This document shows positions 56,890-64,000 of a DNA stretch of 64,000 bases, one piece after another; positions within the stretch are counted from its first letter, which is position 1; each line of letters opens with the position of its first letter. Source of the stretch: Terricaulis sp. GTDB lineage: Bacteria; Pseudomonadota; Alphaproteobacteria; Caulobacterales; Aquidulcibacteraceae. A model generated the notes under the pieces. It saw nothing but the letters and a program-made list of their open reading frames with translations. It had not been told where the DNA came from and made no database searches. A program made the position numbers and the translations under genes. The stretch lies in NCBI RefSeq assembly GCF_044224985.1, contig NZ_JBGAJJ010000006.1. One strand, given 5' to 3'.

Positions 56890-57890
56890 ATTTGGATGAT
56901 CGCGCCGCGGCCCGCTTCATCGCCCAGCGCCAGCAGGTTGCCGACGCCGTTCCAGGCCAGCGCCGTCACTGCGCCTTCGCCGGCTTCGTCCATGTCCATG
57001 ACGGCCTCGTCCGAAAGCCGCGCCAGCACGCAGACGCCGTCGCTGTAGCCGATGGCGAGGACGTCCTCGCTCGGATGAAACGCCACCGCCGTCACCAAGG
57101 CCTCGCGCTGGCCCAGCAGCATGGGCTGCTTGCCCTGCGGCCCGAGCTTGCCGACGAAGGGCCAGAGCACGGCGCGGTCGGCGCCTGAGGTGGCCAGCCA
57201 GCGGCCGCGTTTGTCCCAGGAGAAGCTGCGCGTCTTGGCGGCGTAGCCGCTCATGCGGAGATCGATCTTGTCCGGCAGGCGCCAGCCATGCAGTTCGTTT
57301 TCCTGCATCGCGGTGACCAGATAATCGCCCTCCGGCGACAGCGTCACGTTCAGGTGCGAGCCGGCCCAGTTGAGCGACGTGCCTTTGTCGTCGGCGGCGA
57401 GCACCAGGCGCAGCGTCGCGCCGCCATAGTGCGTTGTCGCGAGGCGGCGGCCCTTGGCGTCGAGCGCGAGGCCGCCGACGCTGGTCGCATGCGTGAAGCG
57501 ATGCGCTTCGGCGCCGTTGCGAAAGACGATGGCCTCCTTGCCGACGCCGGCGACGATGACGCCGGAATTGGCGTTGGCGGCGACGTGGTCGATCCATTTG
57601 CCGCGCGTTTTCAGCAGCGTTTCCGCCTCACCGGTTTCGCTGACAGCTTTGAGCGCGCCGTCGTCGCCGCCGGTGAGGAGACGCTTGCCGTCCGGGTGTG
57701 GCGCCGCGCAGAGGATGGCGCCGTCGTGCAGTTCGTGGCGCGCGCCGGCGCCCTCGGCGCTCGCCAGCTTCAGCGCGCCGTCGCCCAGTGCGAAGTACGC
57801 CGCATCGCCAAGCCAGTGCACGCTGGTGGCGCCCGCGCCCAGCGCCAGGCGCTTGCCGTGTTCGTAAACGCGCGCCGTCACGCCGCGCAC
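56886..57890 (-). CDS. WD40/beta-propeller repeat protein
   Basis: 334 aa with repeated ~40-aa units ending in ...GGDDGALK, ...TTHYGGATLRL, ...TSGADRAVLW and the like. Adjacent to the CobW-type GTPase. Confidence 0.65.
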   Translation of the reverse strand: MRGVTARVYEHGKRLALGAGATSVHWLGDAAYFALGDGALKLASAEGAGARHELHDGAILCAAPHPDGKRLLTGGDDGALKAVSETGEAETLLKTRGKWIDHVAANANSGVIVAGVGKEAIVFRNGAEAHRFTHATSVGGLALDAKGRRLATTHYGGATLRLVLAADDKGTSLNWAGSHLNVTLSPEGDYLVTAMQENELHGWRLPDKIDLRMSGYAAKTRSFSWDKRGRWLATSGADRAVLWPFVGKLGPQGKQPMLLGQREALVTAVAFHPSEDVLAIGYSDGVCVLARLSDEAVMDMDEAGEGAVTALAWNGVGNLLALGDEAGRGAIIQI

Positions 57891-58918
57891 GCCTGAAAGG
57901 CGGCTTCAAGTTCGCTGCGGTCGAGGTTCTTGCCGATGAAGACGAGCCGCGAGACCCGCTTTTCGTCGGGCTTCCAGTCGCGCTGCACGTCCCCTTCCAG
58001 GATCATGTGCACGCCTTGCACGACGAAGCGCTTGGGCTCGTCGGGGAATGCGAGGATGCCCTTGAGCCGCAGGATGTCGGGGCCGCGCGTCTGGGTGATC
58101 TCGTTCAGCCAGGGCAGCAGCTTTTCCGGGTTCATCGGTTTTTCGCTCGAGAGCGAAATGGAGGCGATGCCGGCGGCGGCGACGTGATCGTCGTGGTGGT
58201 GGTGATCGTGGCCGTGATGGTCGTGCCCATGATCATGATCGTGGTGATGGTCGCAGGCCTCGTCGCAATCGTGGTCGGGCAAAAAGTGCGGATCGATCTC
58301 GGTGACGCGGTCCAGATCGAAGGCGTAGAGACCGAGGATTTTGTCGAGCGCAATGTCGCCGCGGGTCATGCGATGCAGCCGGGCGGTGGCGTTGATGGTT
58401 CTAAGCTGTCGCTCGATCGCCGCGAGTTCGTCCTTCGAGACGAGGTCGGTCTTGTTGAGCAGGATGACATCGGCGAAGGCGACCTGTTCGACGGCTTCTT
58501 CCTGGTGCTTCAGCTGCGCGGCGGCGTGTTTCGCATCGACCACGGTGACGATGGCGTCGAGCTTGGTCTTCGCCCGCACGTCGGCGTCGGCGAAGAAGGT
58601 CTGCGCAACCGGAGCGGGTTTCGCGAGGCCGGTGGTTTCGACCAGGATGGCGTCGAAGCGGCCTTTTCGCTTCATCAGCCCTTCGATGATGCGGATGAGA
58701 TCGCCGCGCACCGTGCAGCACACGCAGCCATTGTTCATTTCGAAGACTTCTTCGTCAGCGTCGACGATCAGGTCGTTGTCGATGCCGATCTCGCCGAATT
58801 CGTTGACGATGACGGCGTATTTCTTGCCGTGCTGCTCGGTCAAAATCCGGTTCAAAAGCGTGGTCTTGCCCGCGCCAAGGAAGCCTGTGAGCACGGTGAC
58901 GGGGACGGGCTGGGTCAT
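57878..58918 (-). CDS. CobW/G3E-family metallochaperone GTPase with His-rich insert
   Basis: Contains VTVLTGFLGAGKTTLLN (P-loop), NGCVCCTVRGDL (CxCC), and the His/Asp-rich stretch DHDCDEACDHHHDHDHGHDHHGHDHHHHDDH. Confidence 0.85.
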   Translation of the reverse strand: MTQPVPVTVLTGFLGAGKTTLLNRILTEQHGKKYAVIVNEFGEIGIDNDLIVDADEEVFEMNNGCVCCTVRGDLIRIIEGLMKRKGRFDAILVETTGLAKPAPVAQTFFADADVRAKTKLDAIVTVVDAKHAAAQLKHQEEAVEQVAFADVILLNKTDLVSKDELAAIERQLRTINATARLHRMTRGDIALDKILGLYAFDLDRVTEIDPHFLPDHDCDEACDHHHDHDHGHDHHGHDHHHHDDHVAAAGIASISLSSEKPMNPEKLLPWLNEITQTRGPDILRLKGILAFPDEPKRFVVQGVHMILEGDVQRDWKPDEKRVSRLVFIGKNLDRSELEAAFQACAA

Positions 58919-59043
58919 GGCCCCCTTAGATAGCTATTCCGGGGCCGGGCGCCAGCCGCTGCGGCGCGCCCAAGGCCCGCGGCCGGTTTCCTCCAGGCCC
59001 GAAGGCGGGCTAGGGTGCCGCGCGTCAGGTGGGGAGACCGGCC

Positions 59044-60990
59044 ATGAAAAGCCCGTGGGTGCGCTTTGTCGTAATCCTGTTCGCGACCGTCATCAGCGTG
59101 GCGCTGATCGGCGCTGGCGTCCTCGCCTACCTCGTCTCCCGCGTCGACGTGCGCGCCGAGATCGAGCGCGCCGTTGAGAGCGGGACCGGCCGCGACCTCA
59201 CTATTCGCGGCCCCGTGGGCGTGAGCTTCTGGCCGGTGCTGGGACTGCGCGCCCAGGACGCCTCGCTCGCCAACGTCGCGGGCGGACGCGCGCCCGCTTT
59301 CGCCTCGATCGGCGAGATTCATGTCGGCGTGGAAATCCGGCCGCTGTTCGATCGTCAGGTCGTCGTGCGCCAGCTTGTGCTGCAGCGTCCGGTGATTGCA
59401 CTCGAGATTGATCGGCAGGGCCGTCCGAACTGGATCCTGCGTCCCGCCGCGCCGCCGCCCGGAACGGCGCCGCCGCCGCGGCCGCAGCAGCCGTCGAACC
59501 CGTCCACGCAGGTGCGTCAGTTCTCGCTGCGCGAGGTGCGGATCAGCGATGGCGAGATCAGCATGTTCGATGCGCGCCGCGGCACGGGCTGGAGCGTCGG
59601 CGACGTGAACATCAAGACGGCGCTCACCGCCTTGAACGAACCGATGAAAATCGAAGGCGACATTCGCTACGCCGATCAGAAGGTCACGCTCGATCTCGAA
59701 ATCGGCGAACCCGGCGCAGCCATCGCCGGCCGGCTCACGACACTGAAGGCCGAGATCACGAGCGATCTGGTCAATGCGACCTTCGATGGCCGCACCACGG
59801 CGGCGTCGGGCGAGATCGCCGGCGCCATCAACGCCACCGGTCCGAGCCTGCGCCGCCTTTCCGGCTGGGCCGGATCGCCCATCCCCGAGGGCGCGAACCT
59901 CGAAGCGTTCCAGGTTTCCGGCAACGTCGCCATCGGCGGCGGGCTCTTCTCCTTCACCAATGCAGGTTTTCAGGTCGATCTGGTGCGTGGCCGCGGCGAC
60001 TTCGAACTCTCGCAATTGCGCGGCAAACCTTATCTCAGCGGCCGGCTCGAACTCTTCGATTTCGACCTGAACCCCTACCTCTCCGGCCAGGCCGCGCCCA
60101 CCGCGGAAGCGGCGGGGCCGCCGCCGGTGCAAGGCGCGCCGAGCGCGGAGATCGCTGCGGTGGAAACGCCGGCGCGGGCGCTTGACGTGCAGGCCGCGCC
60201 CAACGAGACGCCGATCAATCTTGCGGGCCTCCGGGCGATCAATTGCGATCTCGAACTGGTGACCGCAGCGGTGCTGATCCAGCACATGCGCTGGGAGCGC
60301 TCGCGGCTCAATCTGGTGATCAATGACGGCTATCTCGCCGCCACGCTGCACAACATCACGCTCTATAACGGCTCAGGACGCGGGCGCTTCGAGATCGACG
60401 CGCGTGCGCCCAGCGTGCGCATCGTCGAGGACATGATTTTCGAGGGCGTCGACACGCAGCGTTTCCTCAACGACGCGGTCAATTTTTCCAATATCGAGGG
60501 ACGCGGCGAAGTCTCGATCAATCTCGTCATGCAGGGCACGACGCCCAGTCAGTTGGTGAACGCCGCGGACGGGCGCATCCACGTCGAAGTGGTGTCGGGC
60601 AAATTGCACGGCGTCGATCTCGGCGGCGTCGCGCGCACCATCCGCAATGCGCTCCGCGGCGAACTCATCGCCCCGGAAGCGGTGACGCCGTTCACCGGAT
60701 TTTCGGCGACGTTCGACATGGCCGACGGCGTGCTCGCGTCCGACGATCTCTCGTTCAACACGCCGGACCTGCGCATTCCGGGCCTCGCGGTGATCGACCT
60801 GCCGCAGCGCCGGCTCGATCTGCGCATGGCGCCCCGGGCGCAGCGCCAGGTTTTCGTCTATCCGTTCGCCGCGCGGGGCCCGTTCGACCACCTGGCCTAC
60901 GAAAGCGACCTGCGCGACCGCGCGCTCCGTGAAATCACAGCGCGGGTGCGGGAGGTGAAGGCGGCGTCGCGGGCGGCGCGGGCCCAATAG
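59044..60990 (+). CDS. asmA: AsmA-family outer-membrane biogenesis protein
   Basis: Start MKSPWVRF with an N-terminal TM anchor. Long beta-rich body. C-terminal motifs GKLHGVDLGG and DGVLASDDLSFNTPDLRIPGLAVIDLPQRRLD. Confidence 0.75.
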   Translation: MKSPWVRFVVILFATVISVALIGAGVLAYLVSRVDVRAEIERAVESGTGRDLTIRGPVGVSFWPVLGLRAQDASLANVAGGRAPAFASIGEIHVGVEIRPLFDRQVVVRQLVLQRPVIALEIDRQGRPNWILRPAAPPPGTAPPPRPQQPSNPSTQVRQFSLREVRISDGEISMFDARRGTGWSVGDVNIKTALTALNEPMKIEGDIRYADQKVTLDLEIGEPGAAIAGRLTTLKAEITSDLVNATFDGRTTAASGEIAGAINATGPSLRRLSGWAGSPIPEGANLEAFQVSGNVAIGGGLFSFTNAGFQVDLVRGRGDFELSQLRGKPYLSGRLELFDFDLNPYLSGQAAPTAEAAGPPPVQGAPSAEIAAVETPARALDVQAAPNETPINLAGLRAINCDLELVTAAVLIQHMRWERSRLNLVINDGYLAATLHNITLYNGSGRGRFEIDARAPSVRIVEDMIFEGVDTQRFLNDAVNFSNIEGRGEVSINLVMQGTTPSQLVNAADGRIHVEVVSGKLHGVDLGGVARTIRNALRGELIAPEAVTPFTGFSATFDMADGVLASDDLSFNTPDLRIPGLAVIDLPQRRLDLRMAPRAQRQVFVYPFAARGPFDHLAYESDLRDRALREITARVREVKAASRAARAQ

Positions 60991-61004
60991 GCCGGAGGGC
61001 GACG

Positions 61005-61223
61005 TTGATCGTCGGTTTGGTGGCCATTGCCGTGGGAATTTGGGGCGTCGCCTTTCGAAAGCGCCACGCCCGCAGCTACGTCGAATTTCAGCACACGGTG
61101 TTCGGTCGCAGGGCGGACAAGGAAACCGACGTCCGGGCGTCTGAACTCGTTGCGCTAATTGCTGGCACGGTTTTGGCCGTTGCGGGAATTGCGAGCGTCG
61201 CTGCTGCGCTACTGGCGAAGTGA
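61005..61223 (+). CDS. small two-TM membrane protein (hypothetical)
   Basis: 72 aa with two hydrophobic helices (IVGLVAIAVGIWGVAF; LVALIAGTVLAVAGIASVAAALLA). Confidence 0.4.
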   Translation: MIVGLVAIAVGIWGVAFRKRHARSYVEFQHTVFGRRADKETDVRASELVALIAGTVLAVAGIASVAAALLAK

Positions 61224-61462
61224 GACCCGAAGACAGGAGTGGTGCCTGGGGCCGGAATCCCGTTGATGGAAGTTGCTAGAAAATTGCCTTGTGAATCACG
61301 GCATTCGTGTTGATGCCAACAGGTGCCAACTACCAACACAAATACCAACACCGCCCGATTCACACTCGGTTCGGTGACATCCTCCACAATATATCGGCGA
61401 TTCGAAGCGTGAAAGATGCTTCGCGTTTTGGCTGGGCAGAGCCCGTCATTTGGGAGTCGATT

Positions 61463-61654
61463 ATGCAGAATGAGTATGTGAACGGCGACGCCATGATCCG
61501 CGAAGAGATCGAGAAACTCGAACGGTGGATCGAGGACGCTAAGGTCGGCGGACCTGTTGTGGGCGACCTGGAAGACGGACCCAAAGTTGACCGAGCCAAA
61601 TACATTGCGTCGCTAGAGGCGCGTATCGCCGATTTGCGAAGGCAGCTTTCTTGA
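61463..61654 (+). CDS. small hypothetical protein (coiled-coil-like)
   Basis: 63 aa from MQNEYVNG. RBS GGGAG at 61452-61456. Lies in the lower-GC junction region. Confidence 0.45.
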   Translation: MQNEYVNGDAMIREEIEKLERWIEDAKVGGPVVGDLEDGPKVDRAKYIASLEARIADLRRQLS

Positions 61655-61925
61655 GGCTCGCGAGCGCTAGAGCCGACGCCCGATTGGTGCCGTAGCGGCT
61701 AACCCGCAAACGCCCGACTTCTGAGTCAGAAATCCAAAACCCGACTCCCCGCGACCCTTGGAAAGCAAGGCTTGCGGCGGGATTGATACAACTGAAATCT
61801 GTATCAGTATTCGTGATCGTATTACTTAAGCGGCCTAGACCTGACTTGTATTTACCTTGGTCTGGATTCGACTCGCTAGGTATTCGCATGTAAAACAGCC
61901 CTAACGACACGTTAGGAGACTGTTC

Positions 61926-62459
61926 GTGGACAAGGTAAACACCGCAGACGCGGCGACCACGCTTGCCGGGCCGGGCCGGACGCCCTTTCAGGCCAAGGGG
62001 CGGCTGCAACGCTGGGCCAACGCCGGAATCCTGCCTTCGCTGGGCAAGGTTGGCGGCTCCCGTTCGTCTTGGGAGTTCGACCGGCACACCGTCGCGTGCG
62101 CGGCCATCCTGTTTGAGCTTTACGACCGCGCGGGCGTGACCGACCCGGCGCAGTTGAAGGCCGTTTATGCGCACCTAGCCGAACCGTGCGAACCGGGCCG
62201 ACCGCCGTTGATCGAAGAGATTCTGGCCGACGCCGTGGACGGCGCGCCCGTGCTCGTTCTCACGCAATGGATTGGACCGCGCGGCGAACCGACCATGACG
62301 ATTTGCGTGCGTCTGGACGCAGAGCACGCGCATCCGATCATGGCGCCGAGCGACGATCATAAGCCCGTGCTCGAAGGCGTGCTTTCGCTCGCGCCCGTCT
62401 TGGATCGCATCATCGAGTCCAAGGTCATTCCGTTTCCGACTAACCGGGCTGCAATCTAA
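61926..62459 (+). CDS. hypothetical phage-associated protein, possible N-terminal HTH
   Basis: GTG start with RBS AGGAGA at 61914-61919. Its stop overlaps the portal ATG (TAATG). The N-terminus VNTADAATTLAG...LQRWANAGILP resembles MerR/excisionase-type HTH proteins. Confidence 0.5.
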   Translation: MDKVNTADAATTLAGPGRTPFQAKGRLQRWANAGILPSLGKVGGSRSSWEFDRHTVACAAILFELYDRAGVTDPAQLKAVYAHLAEPCEPGRPPLIEEILADAVDGAPVLVLTQWIGPRGEPTMTICVRLDAEHAHPIMAPSDDHKPVLEGVLSLAPVLDRIIESKVIPFPTNRAAI

Positions 62460-63823
62460 TGGCGCGCCCGCTGACTCTTCGTGCGCGCATCGCGCAATGG
62501 CTCGCCCCCGAACTTCGCACGCGCGGCTTCGATGCTGCGGGCTGGAAGCGTTTTCCACGGGAAGCGCGCATGGGTCGCACGGCAACCGAGACGATTGCAG
62601 CGTCGCCGCAGATTCGCACCAAGGCGCGCTACTACGCGAATTCCGATCCTTACGCGCGCGCCGGTCTCGATGCGCTCGTGACTTACGCTGTCGGCGCCGG
62701 GCCGATGCCCGCGCACGCGGACTCCGAAGCCTTCCTAGAATGGTGGGATGAGTGCGACGCGGACAACCGAACCGACTTTGGCGGCATCGTCGCGCAAGCC
62801 GTTCGCGGCATGGCGACCGATGGCGAGTCGTTCGTTCAACTGTTGCAGCGACCGGAAGGCTTGCGGTTGCGGCTCTTGCCCGCTGAAAGCGTGGACGAGT
62901 CCAAGAGCGCCGAACTTGCGGGCGGTGGCTACATCGCCGCTGGTATCGAGTTCAACGCTGCTGGCGACCGCGTGGCGTATTGGATTCGCCCTTACATCCC
63001 GACGCAGCAATTCGAGACCTACGCGCCTCCCGTGCGCGTGGACGCCGCCGACATCTTGCACCTGTTTAAGCCCATCGGCGCCGGGCAAGTGCGTGGCGTG
63101 TCGTGGCTCTCGCCCGTGCTGTTGAAGCTGGCGGATTTGGGTTTGCTCTCCGACGCACTGTTGAAGGGCTTCCAAGTCGCCGCGCTTCACGCTGGATTCC
63201 TCGAAGATCAAAACGGCGTTGGTGGCTTGCCGTTCGACGGCGAACAGAATGGCGACACGCTCGAAGATGTGAGCCTTGAGCCTGGAGTCGTTCGTCGCCT
63301 CCCGCCGGGCTACAAGATCAACTTCAATAACCCGCAGGCCGCGCAACAGTCTGTGGAGTTTATGACTTCGCAAGTCGAAGCGGTCGCGGCGGGCCTTGGC
63401 GTTCCGGCGTTCATGGTCAGCGGCAATGTGAACCGCGCGAACTATTCGAGTCTCCGCGCCGCACTGATTACGTTCAAGGCTTCGCTAGAGGCTTTGCAGT
63501 TTGGCGTGATCGTTCCGCAGTTGCTCGCGCCGATCTGGAAGCGCTGGACGCTTACGCGCCAGCTTCGCGGCGAAGGCGACACGGCGAAGGCCGCAGAATG
63601 GCGTTTCCCGGCGCTCCCGGAAGCGGACCCCTTGAAGCAGATTCAAGCGGTCAAGGTCGCGCTCGAAACCAAGATCATGTCCCGCGCCGAAGCTATCGCC
63701 GCGCGCGGTGAGTCAATCGAGCGCGTCGACTCGGACATCGCAGCCGATCCGCACGCGCAAACCGCTGACCCGGAAAACGACAACCAAGACGACGAACAGG
63801 AGCCCGACTCTAATGCGGCATAA
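62459..63823 (+). CDS. phage portal protein, lambda (gpB) family
   Basis: 454 aa. Contains ARYYANSDPYARAGLDALVTYAVGAG, GIEFNAAGDRVAYWI, GQVRGVSWLSPV, and an acidic C-terminus. Confidence 0.8.
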   Translation: MARPLTLRARIAQWLAPELRTRGFDAAGWKRFPREARMGRTATETIAASPQIRTKARYYANSDPYARAGLDALVTYAVGAGPMPAHADSEAFLEWWDECDADNRTDFGGIVAQAVRGMATDGESFVQLLQRPEGLRLRLLPAESVDESKSAELAGGGYIAAGIEFNAAGDRVAYWIRPYIPTQQFETYAPPVRVDAADILHLFKPIGAGQVRGVSWLSPVLLKLADLGLLSDALLKGFQVAALHAGFLEDQNGVGGLPFDGEQNGDTLEDVSLEPGVVRRLPPGYKINFNNPQAAQQSVEFMTSQVEAVAAGLGVPAFMVSGNVNRANYSSLRAALITFKASLEALQFGVIVPQLLAPIWKRWTLTRQLRGEGDTAKAAEWRFPALPEADPLKQIQAVKVALETKIMSRAEAIAARGESIERVDSDIAADPHAQTADPENDNQDDEQEPDSNAA

Positions 63824-64000
63824 TCTTATCATTCGCGCGGCGACGCTCGCGCCGACCACGTTCGACGCCGAAGCCAACACTGTTGAAGTGGTCCTTTCCA
63901 CGGGCGCCGACGTTCAACGAGGCGGCTACATCGAACGCTTGTCTGTGAAGGCCGCCGATCTGGCGAACATCACGGGCGCGCCCGTTCTCGACGCACACAA
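63813..64000 (+). CDS. probable prohead (head-maturation) protease, N-terminal fragment (runs off window)
   Basis: Not in the ORF track (no stop). ATG 63813 overlaps the portal 3' end. Translation: MRHNLIIRAATLAPTTFDAEANTVEVVLSTGADVQRGGYIERLSV...APVLDAH. Called by position after the portal and N-terminal pattern only. Confidence 0.5.
   Translation, partial: MRHNLIIRAATLAPTTFDAEANTVEVVLSTGADVQRGGYIERLSVKAADLANITGAPVLDAH

Noticed and set aside
57900-58260. His/Asp-rich repeat (HDHDHGHDHHGHDHHHH) and the corresponding GTGATC/GTGGTG-rich DNA, considered as a possible hypervariable repeat.
   Set aside because: This is a known feature of CobW/ZigA-type metallochaperone GTPases (a metal-binding insert). 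It is not an independent element.
61684-61777. Minus-strand tRNA-like stretch ending in ...GGCACCA (class-II tRNA length), seen next to the phage junction. Considered as a tRNA, tmRNA piece or att remnant.
   Set aside because: It cannot be folded into a cloverleaf. There is no T-loop (GTTCRANYC-like) sequence, the acceptor-stem candidates have mismatches, and the putative anticodon loop lacks U33. It is treated only as a palindrome-containing junction sequence.
1-64000. CRISPR arrays, rRNA genes, IS elements with transposases, and toxin-antitoxin pairs.
   Set aside because: I saw no regularly spaced direct repeats with unique spacers, no rRNA-like conserved blocks, no transposase-like translations (DDE or HUH motifs) and no small adjacent TA-like gene pairs.

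Overview
High-GC (roughly 63-65% by eye) alphaproteobacterial chromosome segment; the Hyphomicrobiales-like assignment rests on PopZ next to valS, a fused two-domain NarK, a NarR-like regulator and the AsmA and CobW/WD40 neighbourhood. Layout: (1) 1-5150 is a core flank with a lipoprotein, a GcvT-like aminomethyltransferase, two CrtI-family FAD oxidoreductases and an NTF2-like protein. (2) 5224-47490 is a ~42 kb region bracketed by a 47-bp direct repeat that equals the 3' part of an intact tRNA-Asn(GTT), from anticodon loop to CCA. It starts with a P4-type integrase, an AlpA-like excisionase/regulator and a replication-like HTH protein. Next comes a defence-like cargo block: a PIN-like 525-aa protein, a ~1700-aa Cap4/PD-(D/E)xK-like nuclease + P-loop NTPase giant, and a tandem pair of membrane-anchored TIR / degenerate-TIR proteins. 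After that comes an apparently complete anaerobic nitrate-respiration kit: hemN, moeA-moaCBE-tauE-moaDA-mobA, a narR-like regulator, fused narK, narGHJ, a beta-barrel porin, narI, a PPIase, a hemerythrin, class II RNR nrdJ, a FAD oxidase, a TPP enzyme and cytochrome c. Three promoters in this block carry FNR/FixK-type TTGA-N6-TCAA boxes. (3) 47490-61230 is a core flank with tRNA-Cys, an extensin-like protein, pcm, popZ, valS, an epimerase, cfa, a DUF3137-like protein, a WD40 protein, a CobW GTPase and asmA. (4) From ~61240 a lower-GC junction leads into a phage morphogenesis fragment (lambda-family portal plus prohead protease, with no terminase visible). The most promising candidates for an undescribed system are the membrane-clamped TIR + pseudo-TIR pair and its neighbours (the PIN-like protein and the giant nuclease-NTPase), which sit directly behind the island integration module. 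All functional calls come from motif-level reading of the translations; no database search was possible.
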